41,277 bases of DNA, taken from the IMG/VR virus record IMGVR_UViG_3300009095_000005, positions 1-41,277 of that record. One strand, 5' to 3'. Positions 19,478-28,438 of this stretch are shown in pieces. The notes beneath the pieces were generated by a model. The model worked only from the letters and a program-made list of their open reading frames with translations, was not told the origin of the DNA and ran no database searches. This stretch comes from a virus. Lineage: Duplodnaviria > Caudoviricetes. The position numbers and the translations under genes are program-made. Numbering within the stretch: position 1 is the first letter of the stretch; each line of letters starts with the position of its first letter.

Positions 19478-19734
19478 GTCCATCAGCCCTCTCTCTACCA
19501 GACCCCGCACCAGCGGCTATATCGGAAGCCCGCCTACTTGTTAAGGATGCAGTTGAGATATTGGAGGCCAAGACACGCTCAACAGCGCGTGTGGACACTC
19601 TATCTCCCGAAGGAAGACTCAGGGATACCGATGTGCCCGTACCATACTTCAATGAAGATCGCTTGTCTTCTGCTGAGTTGATATGGCTCCAACGGGCGCG
19701 GCGCTACCTGCAACGGACAGGAGGCAGGTTATGA
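19474..19734 (+). CDS. Hypothetical protein
   Basis: Coupled by ATGA overlaps on both sides. Confidence 0.55.
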   Translation: MSPSALSLPDPAPAAISEARLLVKDAVEILEAKTRSTARVDTLSPEGRLRDTDVPVPYFNEDRLSSAELIWLQRARRYLQRTGGRL

Positions 19735-20198
19735 GCACCCGCTATATCGGCATAGACCCAGGGGCCAGTGGTGGCGTCGCTATCCTGTTCGACCATCAGG
19801 CTTTAGCGTGGTCTCTCGGTAAGGAGGCAACCTTAGCGGAGATTATGACTGAGGCTGTCGAGATGGCCCGATGCTGCGACGACCACATCTGCGCGGTATT
19901 AGAGCAGGTGAACGCCTTCCCCGGCCAAGGAGTCAGCAGCTCCTTTAAGTTCGGGATGTCCTACGGGATGGCACAAGGCGTCTTAGAGGCCCTACAGATT
20001 CCCTACAAGCTCGTAAGGCCGCAGGAGTGGCAGAAGGGGATACCCAACCTGCCTAAGAAGAAGGACGGCGCTACAGCCCACAAGAGGGCGCTACGTGAAG
20101 AAGCCAAGCGCCGCTTCCCCCAATGCAAACCAACCTCTGCAACCGCTGATGCCCTTCTACTGGCTGATTGGTGCAGGCAACACTGGAGCGCGTCATGA
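19731..20198 (+). CDS. RuvC-like Holliday junction resolvase
   Basis: IGIDPGASGG, VLEQV, SSFKFG.SYG, PQEWQK, ADALLLA. Confidence 0.85.
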   Translation: MSTRYIGIDPGASGGVAILFDHQALAWSLGKEATLAEIMTEAVEMARCCDDHICAVLEQVNAFPGQGVSSSFKFGMSYGMAQGVLEALQIPYKLVRPQEWQKGIPNLPKKKDGATAHKRALREEAKRRFPQCKPTSATADALLLADWCRQHWSAS

Positions 20199-20497
20199 GC
20201 ACCCTCACCCATACAGAGAGAGTCATCGCAGCCTGTGCAGAGGCATGGGAGGTGGACATTGAGCAGCTGCTAGGGCGTAGCAGGGGAACCGTGTCGGTAT
20301 CTGACGCAAGGCACGCGGCCATGCACATACTCTCGACTCGCCACATGCGCTCAGGACCAGAGATAGAGGCGACGTTAAAGCGCCACCGCGTCTCTGTTCA
20401 TTACGGCAAGACCGCCGCGAGCGTGAGGCTTCAAAACGACAGGGTTTTCAGGCAACGCTACAACGCTGCGCTGGAGCTTATAGGAGGTGAACTCTAA
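20195..20497 (+). CDS. DnaA C-terminal (domain IV)-like HTH protein, copy 1
   Basis: VIAACAEAWEVDIEQLLGRSR..VSDARHAAMHIL..RHRVSVHYG. Confidence 0.7.
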   Translation: MSTLTHTERVIAACAEAWEVDIEQLLGRSRGTVSVSDARHAAMHILSTRHMRSGPEIEATLKRHRVSVHYGKTAASVRLQNDRVFRQRYNAALELIGGEL

Positions 20498-20799
20498 TGC
20501 CCGTCCAAGGATCATATACCAAGGTGGTATCTGCCGCTGCCAAGGCTTTTGAGGTGCCCTACTGGACGATCAAAAGCCCGCAGAAGCTCAAGCAGACAGT
20601 GTGGGACGCCAGAGCCGCCGCAGTCCACATCTTGCGGACCAAGCACGACCTGCTGTTCCGGGACATCGACATCATCATGCGCCGCAACAACTGCGCCAAG
20701 CACTCTGTAAAGCGTGCAGAGGCCTTGCTGGAGACAGACCCGGCATTCAAGCGCCGCTACAAGATGGCACTGGAACTCATCAACGAGGGGAGCAACTAG
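20497..20799 (+). CDS. DnaA C-terminal (domain IV)-like HTH protein, copy 2
   Basis: VVSAAAKAFEV..IKSPQK..VWDARAAAVHIL..HSVKR. Confidence 0.65.
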   Translation: MPVQGSYTKVVSAAAKAFEVPYWTIKSPQKLKQTVWDARAAAVHILRTKHDLLFRDIDIIMRRNNCAKHSVKRAEALLETDPAFKRRYKMALELINEGSN

Positions 20800-20802
20800 C
20801 CC

Positions 20803-21738
20803 GTGTCGAGCGAAGGCTACATCAAGTTATTCCGCTGCTTGGAGGATAGCCCTCTATGGCTGTCAGAGCCGTTCACCAGGGGGCAGGCATGGGTAGACCT
20901 GCTGATGCTCGCCAACCACAGGGAAGGCAGCACATGGAAGCGGGGAATCTTGATAAAGGTTCACAGGGGGCAGGTAGCAGCCAGCGAGAATGAGTTGGCC
21001 GACCGCTGGAAGTGGAGCCGGTCAAAGGTGCGGAATTTCCTGAAGTTACTGCAAAACGAACAGATGATAAGACAGCAGAAAAGCGCCGTAACTTCAACAA
21101 TATCAATCACTAACTACGATCGCTACCAACAGATAAGACAACAGACCATACAGCAGAAAGACATCTCGAAGACAACAGAAGAACAACAGAAGGACAACTC
21201 AGCCCTGCAAGGCTCTCAAGATCACGTGCTTACAGAGCCTAAGAATGGAAAGAATGTAAAGAAGGATAAGAATAGTACCCCCCAACCCCCAAAGGGGGAG
21301 CAAGGGACTTTGCTCTTGGATGCTGATGAGAGACGCAAAGCGGCGCTGCGGCTTAATGCCCTTTTCCGCCGCAAACCGTCTACCAAGTGGAGCGACAAGG
21401 AACGGCGAGCTATGCAGAAGATATGGCCGATTGATCCTGAAGACTTCGCACTCATTGAGCGATATTACACGACAGCAGAGTTTCGGCAGGGTGAGGACTA
21501 TCGCAGGCGAGACCTGCTAACCCTTCTGAACAACTGGCCGGGTGAAGTAGATCGGGCGCGGGCATGGAATTTAACACATACCCCGCGTAAGGCTTCTTCA
21601 GATGCCCCGCCTGTAGGCTGGCAGGCTGAAGTAGCACGCATCTACGAGGGCGCGACAAGCGAACCTCCTGAGTATTGGGAAGGCTTAGACCAATCCATCA
21701 AAGACGAGATACGGGAAAGGCTCAGAAATGCCTCTTAA
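20803..21738 (+). CDS. Replication initiator (lambda O-like)
   Basis: GYIKLFR..AWVDLLMLANH..RGQ..LADRWKWSRSKVRNFLKLL..I.NYDRYQ; low-complexity linker; upstream of DnaB. Confidence 0.8.
   Translation: MSSEGYIKLFRCLEDSPLWLSEPFTRGQAWVDLLMLANHREGSTWKRGILIKVHRGQVAASENELADRWKWSRSKVRNFLKLLQNEQMIRQQKSAVTSTISITNYDRYQQIRQQTIQQKDISKTTEEQQKDNSALQGSQDHVLTEPKNGKNVKKDKNSTPQPPKGEQGTLLLDADERRKAALRLNALFRRKPSTKWSDKERRAMQKIWPIDPEDFALIERYYTTAEFRQGEDYRRRDLLTLLNNWPGEVDRARAWNLTHTPRKASSDAPPVGWQAEVARIYEGATSEPPEYWEGLDQSIKDEIRERLRNAS
21068..21198. repeat. Iteron-like ACA(A/G)CAGA repeats, putative origin within the initiator gene
   Basis: ataagacagcagaa, ataagacaacagac, atacagcagaa, agacaacagaa, aacaacagaa. Confidence 0.55.
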
Positions 21739-23152
21739 AACGCCCGAGATCAATAGCGCGAGGGTGAACCTGTCTTTGACCCCTCCGACCAATCCTGAAG
21801 CAGAACAGGCGCTTCTAGCGTGCTGTATCCTCGCAGGCCGGGAAGCCATAGACGACTGCATCCTTCGCAAGCTCAAGGCAGAGGACTTAAGCGACCGCAG
21901 GCATCAGGTGTTGTGGCATGTGATAGAGGCCATGCACCGGGAAGGCTTGGAGGTGGAACTGCTGGGAGTGTTGGACCGATTGGGCAGCACCCTGGTAAGC
22001 AGCATCAAAGGCATGGAGCGTGCGCCAGACGCCACCAAGACAGCCCTGCAAGCGTGTGGAGGGATTGAGACCGTCAATAGCCTGACCTCCCTCATTGAAA
22101 GCACCATGCACACAACGCAGTGGCTTCGGATCGTGCAGGAGAAGGCCACCCTAAGACGCCTGACTGCCACCGCCGCACAGATCGCATACAAGTGCTGCGC
22201 GAGTGGTGGAGAGACCGCAGAGGACGTTCTGAGGGAGGCTACAGCCAGCATCATGAGCCTGGAACACTCCGCAGCCGGTGGGGTGAAGGACATGCGGCAA
22301 GGGGTAGCGGAAATGCACGACTACCTGACCACCCGAAATGAACGGGGGAACATGGGCATCGTGTGCAGCGGACTAGACCCACTGGACAAGATCACTGGAG
22401 GCATAGACCCCGGCGAGCTTGTTATCATCGCAGCCGACCCGAAAGCAGGAAAGACAGCCCTAGCCCTACGGTATGCGGAAAGCGCACTGTTCCCAGCCGA
22501 ACAAAGCAGGCGCGTAGGAGTGCTGCTGTTCAGCCTAGAAATGCAGGCAAGAGAGATCGCATTCCGCCTCATCTGTCAGCGCGGGATGATAAATATGGGC
22601 CTATTCTTCGAGGGATTCCCCGGCGAAGTAAGCCGATACGAGAGGCTACGTCCAGAGATCGAAGCAGCACCGCTATGGGTGGAGGAAAACAGTGACCTCA
22701 CCATCCACGACATAAGAGCCACCGCCCGGCGCCAGGTAGCAAGGCACCCTCAAATTCAGCTCATAATCGTTGACCACATGGGCTTGATCCGCAAGCGCGA
22801 CCCCCGCCAGCACATGCACGACGCCATGACGGAGATCACAAGGGACTGTAAACGCATGGCGAAGGAGCTTAACCGCGCAGTTCTGCTTCTCTGCCAGATG
22901 AACCGCAAGAACCGGCAGGGCCATCAAGACGAGGACGAGGACAGCTACACGCCGCCAAGCGCAGCCAACATCGAATACGGAGCGGGAGCCGAGCAGGACG
23001 CTAACAAGCTCATTTTGATAGGCCGCAAGAGCGTGAACAAACGGGAGATCATAGTTCCCTACCAACGCGCCGGAGGCTCAGGAAAGTTTGACCCGCTATG
23101 GACGCCTTGGTGTGCGCGTTTCGACAACCCCAAGAACAACCATTTGCCATGA
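21728..23152 (+). CDS. dnaB: DnaB-like replicative helicase (divergent motifs)
   Basis: EAEQALL N-domain; AADPKAGKT; FSLEM; IIVDH; KRMAKEL; EQDA. Confidence 0.9.
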   Translation: MPLKTPEINSARVNLSLTPPTNPEAEQALLACCILAGREAIDDCILRKLKAEDLSDRRHQVLWHVIEAMHREGLEVELLGVLDRLGSTLVSSIKGMERAPDATKTALQACGGIETVNSLTSLIESTMHTTQWLRIVQEKATLRRLTATAAQIAYKCCASGGETAEDVLREATASIMSLEHSAAGGVKDMRQGVAEMHDYLTTRNERGNMGIVCSGLDPLDKITGGIDPGELVIIAADPKAGKTALALRYAESALFPAEQSRRVGVLLFSLEMQAREIAFRLICQRGMINMGLFFEGFPGEVSRYERLRPEIEAAPLWVEENSDLTIHDIRATARRQVARHPQIQLIIVDHMGLIRKRDPRQHMHDAMTEITRDCKRMAKELNRAVLLLCQMNRKNRQGHQDEDEDSYTPPSAANIEYGAGAEQDANKLILIGRKSVNKREIIVPYQRAGGSGKFDPLWTPWCARFDNPKNNHLP

Positions 23153-23364
23153 CAACAACCATAGACACGCCCCGCCTGCTGGCGAAAGAGCAGGCCACCA
23201 TCGACGCCCTCTTGAGGGACAGTCACCCGCTTGTGCGGCAAGCCTACCAGCAGCTACGCAAGCTACGAGCCGACGAGGCCCGCACCTACTACCACTCCCT
23301 ACAGGAGAAGGACCAGCGCATAGCCCAACTGGAGCAGATGCTCACCGCCAACCTCACCCACTAA
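23149..23364 (+). CDS. Coiled-coil hypothetical protein
   Basis: ATGA overlap with dnaB. Confidence 0.55.
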   Translation: MTTTIDTPRLLAKEQATIDALLRDSHPLVRQAYQQLRKLRADEARTYYHSLQEKDQRIAQLEQMLTANLTH

Positions 23365-23411
23365 CCCACTGACCCCATGAGCAACGCCGCCGCAGCAATG
23401 GAGGGGGAGCA

Positions 23412-23588
23412 ATGAGCGCCTACGACCGCTGGCTAAACGAGGGGTTTGATGACAACCACCGAGACCGCTGCGACATTTGCGGCTACGGACCTTGTGAGTG
23501 CCCTCCTGACTTCGATGACGACGACTACGACGAACCCGACGAGGCCCTGATGTGGGGTGGAGTCGATGGACCTAAAGATCCTGACTGA
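23412..23588 (+). CDS. 58-aa acidic Cys-rich peptide (below ORF-track cutoff)
   Basis: RBS ggggag; MSAYDRWL...CDICGYGPCECPPDFDDDDYDE. Confidence 0.5.
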   Translation: MSAYDRWLNEGFDDNHRDRCDICGYGPCECPPDFDDDDYDEPDEALMWGGVDGPKDPD

Positions 23589-23589
23589 A

Positions 23590-23994
23590 ATGAAACACGA
23601 AGAATACGGCATCTGCTGGCGGTGTGAATGTGACGCCGACCTAATCAACACCGATAATGGCTTTGTCTGCCATGATTGCTCTCAATCCCTAGCCGATCCC
23701 GATGCGTGGGTAGAGACTACCGAGCGCCTGCCATATGTAGGTGAGCCTGTCTGGTATTTCTCCGAATGCTACGGAGTTTGGGACGGATATTTCAAGGGCA
23801 TAGAGGATGGCGAATGGGTTTTTGGAGGCCACGGCTGCGCTGGTGGCGAAGTATCACACTGGAAACCCCGCGAGTATGGCGACACCGACAAGCCAAAGCC
23901 GCCCTATGGGGTGATCTACCGGCGAGGAAGAAACGGACTTCTCTACCTTCATCGAATCCCCGGCGGCACAATCATCGAATCACCGCCTCGATGA
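23590..23994 (+). CDS. Zn-ribbon plus DUF551-like protein
   Basis: CWRC..CHDC; WVETTERLP..VSHWKP. Confidence 0.65.
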   Translation: MKHEEYGICWRCECDADLINTDNGFVCHDCSQSLADPDAWVETTERLPYVGEPVWYFSECYGVWDGYFKGIEDGEWVFGGHGCAGGEVSHWKPREYGDTDKPKPPYGVIYRRGRNGLLYLHRIPGGTIIESPPR

Positions 23995-24302
23995 AGCGCA
24001 GCTACATCAAACGCTCCACAAAGCCCTTGAAGCGCACGCCCATGAAGAAGGTAAGCACACGCCAAGCAAAGAGGCTGAGGACCTACAGGCAGCTCCGCAG
24101 GCTGTATCTGGACCAGCACCCGTTCTGTGAAGTCTGCAAGACCGCCCATGCCACTGACATTCATCACAAGGGAGATGGCGAGGGGCCAAAGCGGGGCAGC
24201 AACACGAACAAGGTAGAGCACTGGATGGCGGTTTGTCGTCCGTGCCATGACCGCATCGAGAACAACAAGTCATGGGCACGATCCCAAGGCTACCTGACCT
24301 AA
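23991..24302 (+). CDS. HNH endonuclease-like protein
   Basis: CEVC..DIHH..N..WMAVCRPCHDRI; basic N-terminus. Confidence 0.8.
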   Translation: MKRSYIKRSTKPLKRTPMKKVSTRQAKRLRTYRQLRRLYLDQHPFCEVCKTAHATDIHHKGDGEGPKRGSNTNKVEHWMAVCRPCHDRIENNKSWARSQGYLT

Positions 24303-24324
24303 CTTTTCTAACACCATAACTGCT

Positions 24325-24555
24325 ATGACAACAGAGACCAACAACGACGACCGCTGGCACAACCTGAAGAAAGACCCCAACGACCTGCCCAACGACGGCG
24401 ATAGGGTCTTGATCCACTACGACCGATGGAAACGGCCAGAGTGGGATGTCTGCACCTACGTAGCAGAGACACAGCAATGGAACGTGCCTCTGTATGGGTC
24501 CGTTGACCGCCCTGACCACTGGAGACACCTAGACACACCGGAGGAAGCACAATGA
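24325..24555 (+). CDS. DUF551-like protein
   Basis: WHNLKKDPNDLP..VLI..DHWRHL..P. Confidence 0.65.
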   Translation: MTTETNNDDRWHNLKKDPNDLPNDGDRVLIHYDRWKRPEWDVCTYVAETQQWNVPLYGSVDRPDHWRHLDTPEEAQ

Positions 24556-25415
24556 CCGCCAAAGAACTAAACTCGATAATCGTCGATCTGAAGCCTGACC
24601 AGTTGAAATATGGTCTGGAATTAGTCGTGGACTACCTCTGGGAACATGAGAAGCTCACCGCCACCCCAACAGTCAAGGAAAGCTTAACAGTTGCCCCCGA
24701 TCCCGGCGAAGGCTGGCGGCTGATCGACAAAGAGAGGGACACTCCGCAGGAAGGGGATGAGATGTGGGTAAAGCAGTGGCACGGTTGGTATGACAGGGGG
24801 TATCAACGTCAAACAGCGCCATTTGAAGAAGGCACTCACTACCGGCGCCGCGTTGAGGTGGCCACCAAAGAGCCTGAAATCGCCCCTCAGGCCGCTAAAA
24901 CAGAGGGAAGAGAGGTGGCCACCAAGCCAGCCATTCCCGCTGGCCTGCCCCCTCTGCCAGAGGGTGCTGTGGGACCGATGAAGGGTGGAACGTTCAAGGT
25001 GCCAGGCCCAAGGTTCGCTGGATGGTATTGGGAGAAGCGCTTTAGAGACTGGTTCCAGTCAAACGAGCTAGGAGGGAGTGAATCAGACTGCTACTACTGC
25101 TTTCCCGCAGACTCCGAGGTAGCACGGCTTAATGGGCTGGGGGAACCGGAACTGACGCTTGTATCAGAGGAACGGGACCGCCTTCTTAAACAATTGGCTG
25201 AACTGCGCGACTGGACGGCAGAACAGGACACGCGCCTAAAGCTCCAGCAAGACAAGATCGCCACCCTTACCAAGGAGCGGGATGCGTTGCGCGAAGAGCT
25301 AAATGCAGAGCGCATGCGGATCAAAGCCATCAGGGAGGCTATAGGCTCCTTCAACAACGTCATCCATATGACCAATGCCGCGAAGAAGGAGGCATCCAAT
25401 GACACCAGAGACTAA
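24552..25415 (+). CDS. Mosaic hypothetical protein with C-terminal coiled coil
   Basis: PGEGWRLI module; EVATK repeated; heptad-rich C-terminus. Confidence 0.65.
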   Translation: MTAKELNSIIVDLKPDQLKYGLELVVDYLWEHEKLTATPTVKESLTVAPDPGEGWRLIDKERDTPQEGDEMWVKQWHGWYDRGYQRQTAPFEEGTHYRRRVEVATKEPEIAPQAAKTEGREVATKPAIPAGLPPLPEGAVGPMKGGTFKVPGPRFAGWYWEKRFRDWFQSNELGGSESDCYYCFPADSEVARLNGLGEPELTLVSEERDRLLKQLAELRDWTAEQDTRLKLQQDKIATLTKERDALREELNAERMRIKAIREAIGSFNNVIHMTNAAKKEASNDTRD

Positions 25416-25638
25416 AGCAAAGGTAGTGGAGGCGCTGCGGCGGGGGCTGGAATGTGCAGCGATGGCAGGCTCGTGGCAGGATAAGAGGGACATTCGGGCA
25501 GCACTAGAGGCGCTAGAGAAGGAGGACATAGACGACTTTCTGAACTCCGCCAAGCCCCTCACCCCCGAAGACCTGGAAGAGTTTGGCCGCGAGAACCGCA
25601 AGATACTGGACCGCATCAAGAAGGAGGCCCTGTCATGA
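25399..25638 (+). CDS. Hypothetical protein
   Basis: RBS aggagg before ATG 25399. Confidence 0.55.
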   Translation: MTPETKAKVVEALRRGLECAAMAGSWQDKRDIRAALEALEKEDIDDFLNSAKPLTPEDLEEFGRENRKILDRIKKEALS

Positions 25639-25862
25639 GCGACATCCTGCCATGCCCATTCTGCGGCAAAACGACGGAGGACCGCGACCCTGACGCCTAC
25701 CTTCCCGCCGTGGAATTTGTCACATATGAGGACAAAGAGCAGCCGCTCATGCACTACGTCAAATGCAACTGGTGCGGAGGCACCGGCCCGCTCTCAGAGG
25801 ATCACATGGAGGCGATCACAATGTGGAATAAACCTGCGAGGGCTGAGGGGAAGGAGCCATGA
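25635..25862 (+). CDS. Lar-family (restriction alleviation) Zn-finger protein
   Basis: LPCPFCG..VKCNWCG..GP..EAITMWN. Confidence 0.75.
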   Translation: MSDILPCPFCGKTTEDRDPDAYLPAVEFVTYEDKEQPLMHYVKCNWCGGTGPLSEDHMEAITMWNKPARAEGKEP

Positions 25863-25970
25863 CCTGCCACTACTGCACCAACGAAGCAGAGACCACCTTT
25901 GCAAGGACTCCGTTTTGCTGGGAGTGTTTACGCCGGTTGTTTGACGAGACAGCCCCACCCCTTATCCGCC

Positions 25971-26255
25971 ATGACCACTGAGACAGCAAAGCCAGCCATA
26001 GAACAGTACGACAACGCCCTTAGATACATGGTCCCCTCCAGCAAGGGAGATAGCGTTTACCTGGTCGATCTAGGGGCATACGGAGGCAACGGAATGTGCG
26101 ACTGTCCCGACTTCCAGTGCAGGCACTCCCCTATACTGAAGACTGGCGCTAAACCAAACGACAAGCTACGCTGCAAGCATATCCGAGCAGCCAGGACGCA
26201 CCTGACAGACAGGATAATCAAACGACTACGCCACAATGCCAGCCAAGAAACCTGA
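25971..26255 (+). CDS. SWIM zinc-finger-like protein
   Basis: YLVDL..CDCPDF..CKHI. Confidence 0.7.
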   Translation: MTTETAKPAIEQYDNALRYMVPSSKGDSVYLVDLGAYGGNGMCDCPDFQCRHSPILKTGAKPNDKLRCKHIRAARTHLTDRIIKRLRHNASQET

Positions 26256-26724
26256 CACACAGCTAGACACCACAGATCGCTTCCCAAGAGAGTCATACTT
26301 CAAGAAGAAGCACCCTAAGACATACGACCGGGTGGTGGCGGAACTGGCGGCAGGCAAAGGCCCCTACACCGTAGCCAAAGAATTAGAGGTAGACGTAAGC
26401 ACCGTCTACCGCATCAGAGAGCGTGAACAGCTCAGCATCCAGACCACAAGGGAACGACTGGCAGAGTTATGGGGCATGGCGTCAGAGATGGGAGCAGAAC
26501 GGTTGGTAGAGGTATTAGCCGACAAAGAGAACGGACTGAAAGCCGCACAGATACCCATAGCAGCCGCTATAGCAATGGATAAGTGGACCCAGGCAACAGG
26601 AGGCGTTACCCATACCATACGCCATGAGAAAGCCCTGTCTCCCGAGGACATCAAGAACCTGATCGAGCAGGCAGCACAGACCAAGCAGGCAGAGGCCATA
26701 GACGTAGAGACAGAGGAACCCTAA
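26236..26724 (+). CDS. HTH protein, candidate terminase small subunit
   Basis: HTH PYTVAKELEVDVSTVYRI; helical core; C-terminal AIAMDK..GGVTHTIRHE..IDVE. Confidence 0.5.
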   Translation: MPAKKPDTQLDTTDRFPRESYFKKKHPKTYDRVVAELAAGKGPYTVAKELEVDVSTVYRIREREQLSIQTTRERLAELWGMASEMGAERLVEVLADKENGLKAAQIPIAAAIAMDKWTQATGGVTHTIRHEKALSPEDIKNLIEQAAQTKQAEAIDVETEEP

Positions 26725-26733
26725 CGCCCAACA

Positions 26734-26972
26734 TGCTACCTGCTGATACCACAACTCCCCGTAACCCCTGTTAGGTAAGGGAAACAGCTAGTCGATTGGA
26801 AATCGTGTGTGCCCCAAAAGGGCACCGAGGGTTCGAATCCCTCCCTCTCCGCTCTCTTCAAGCTAAATAGCGGGTCTTCGGCTACCTGAGACAAGTATCG
26901 CAGAAGACAGAAAACACCCAGTTTATGCCTTTTTACGTTGTGAAACGCTGAAAACTGATACCATCTGCTACC
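26734..26972. repeat. Integrase arm-type sites: paired TG(C/A)TACC repeats on each side of the core
   Basis: tgctacc 26734 and tgatacc 26744; tgatacc 26956 and tgctacc 26966; 10-bp period in both pairs. Confidence 0.75.
26793..26852 (+). other. attP core: 3' part of tRNA-Ser(GGA), not a full tRNA
   Basis: cga-TTGGAAA-tcgtg anticodon arm, long variable arm gtgccc-caaaa-gggcac, T arm gaggg-TTCGAAT-ccctc, acceptor strand cctctccg; D arm and 5' acceptor strand absent; integrase adjacent. Confidence 0.92.
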
Positions 26973-26974
26973 AA

Positions 26975-28114
26975 ATGGGGAGCATCGTAAAGGTAGAGGG
27001 TAGGGCTAAGCCGTGGAGAGTGTACTTTTACACGCCAGAGGGTCAGCGGACGACCAAACACTTCGCCAAGCGCATCGAGGCAGAGGAATGGGTGAAAGAG
27101 TTTGCCCGAGAACGTCACTGGCAAGACCTGAAAGTAACTAGCAACGAGCGGATGCTGATAGCAGAGTTGCGGGACGCCTGCGAACGATCCGGTATCAGCG
27201 TTGATACCGCCATGCGCGAGACCATTGACAAGGTAAAGGCGCAGGCACCCGAGGAGCTGCCCGTATGGGAGGCAAAGGAACGCTACCTGACAGACTGCGA
27301 GCGCCGGAACCTACGCCCCACCACCGTAGAAGGCTACAGAAGGGCCATAGAAACGTTTATAAGCCCCCTGGAAGGCGTCGTGAGTGACATCACAAGGGAA
27401 GACCTGCTGCAATGGCTTCTGAAGCGATACAGCAACGACACAACGCGCCACATAGCCCGCCGTTCCCTGCTGGCATGGCTAAGATGGTGTCAGTCTCACC
27501 GATACACCGCAGTCGATTGGTCCCGCCCCCTCACATGGAAAGAGACCCTATCGGACGAAACCAGAGTCGCGATCCTTCAACCCGCCCACATGGCAAAGCT
27601 ACTGCACAACGCACCACGCAAGATGCAGCCAGCCCTCGCCCTGATGGCATTCGCAGGCATCAGACCCGACGAGATAGCCGCCCGCACAACAAAGCCGGTG
27701 CTACTCTGGCAGGACATCGACACCCACCGCCGCATCATCCGCATACGTGGAGAGGTCAGCAAGACCCGACGTTACCGGGAACTGCACGAACTGCCCGAAA
27801 ACATATGGGTATGGATAGAAAAGACCCGCCCCCCTAAACAGGAAGCGGGTCGTGTTCTCTCAACTAGGTATAACGGGTTCAGGAGCGCCCTGCGGCACCT
27901 GGTCGGGACTCTGGACCTCCCCCCGCTGACAAAGGACGTTCTGCGCCATTCATTCGCCTCCTACGCATACCATACGCTAGGCATGGAGCACGCAATGGAG
28001 GCGATGGGGCACAGCAATGCAAAGACGTTCGCCAAGTACTATAAAGGAGCTGCCAGCCCTACCCTTGCGCGTCAGTGGTTCTCGATCCTGCCGGCAGACG
28101 CTCCCAAGCAGTAA
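26975..28114 (+). CDS. int: Tyrosine integrase
   Basis: AGIRPDE (R), SKT (K), DVLRHSFAS (xxxRH), MGHS, YY; N-terminal arm-binding domain. Confidence 0.95.
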   Translation: MGSIVKVEGRAKPWRVYFYTPEGQRTTKHFAKRIEAEEWVKEFARERHWQDLKVTSNERMLIAELRDACERSGISVDTAMRETIDKVKAQAPEELPVWEAKERYLTDCERRNLRPTTVEGYRRAIETFISPLEGVVSDITREDLLQWLLKRYSNDTTRHIARRSLLAWLRWCQSHRYTAVDWSRPLTWKETLSDETRVAILQPAHMAKLLHNAPRKMQPALALMAFAGIRPDEIAARTTKPVLLWQDIDTHRRIIRIRGEVSKTRRYRELHELPENIWVWIEKTRPPKQEAGRVLSTRYNGFRSALRHLVGTLDLPPLTKDVLRHSFASYAYHTLGMEHAMEAMGHSNAKTFAKYYKGAASPTLARQWFSILPADAPKQ

Positions 28115-28283
28115 CAATCAAGCTCCGCACTATCTCAGACTGTGGGGCATTGTAATGCGTTGCAAGCTCCTGCAACTGCTCATGGGTGCGCTCCCCTATC
28201 CTCAAGTTGAGGTTCTTCCTCGATAGCGCCCGAGGGTCGGGTTTCGGCCCCCGCTTCTTAGGCTTGCGTTCTGGTTCACTCAT
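28059..28283 (-). CDS. RHH protein with an AT-hook-like N-terminus
   Basis: KKRGPKP; NLNLRIGERTHEQLQELA..QSEIVRSLI; RBS gggag. Confidence 0.7.
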   Translation of the reverse strand: MSEPERKPKKRGPKPDPRALSRKNLNLRIGERTHEQLQELATHYNAPQSEIVRSLIVTAWERLPAGSRTTDAQG

Positions 28284-28340
28284 CGTAAGGTTCTCCCTGT
28301 TAAGTCGCGGCGTTGTGTAACGTCACGGTCTTGATTCCTC

Positions 28341-28377
28341 GCCCGGCTGGATTGGTCTCCAGCCGGGCATTTTCTTT
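28341..28377 (+). terminator. Intrinsic terminator downstream of int
   Basis: gcccggctgga-ttggtc-tccagccgggc followed by attttcttt. Confidence 0.6.
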
Positions 28378-28438
28378 AGTGCCGTGGCAAAGAAGCACTC
28401 TGGCTGTGGTGGGTTGTGATTTCGATGGTCATTGTCCC

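Noticed and set aside
26770-26855. Functional phage tRNA-Ser gene
   Set aside because: No 5' acceptor strand or D arm; only the 3' part is present next to int, so it is attP
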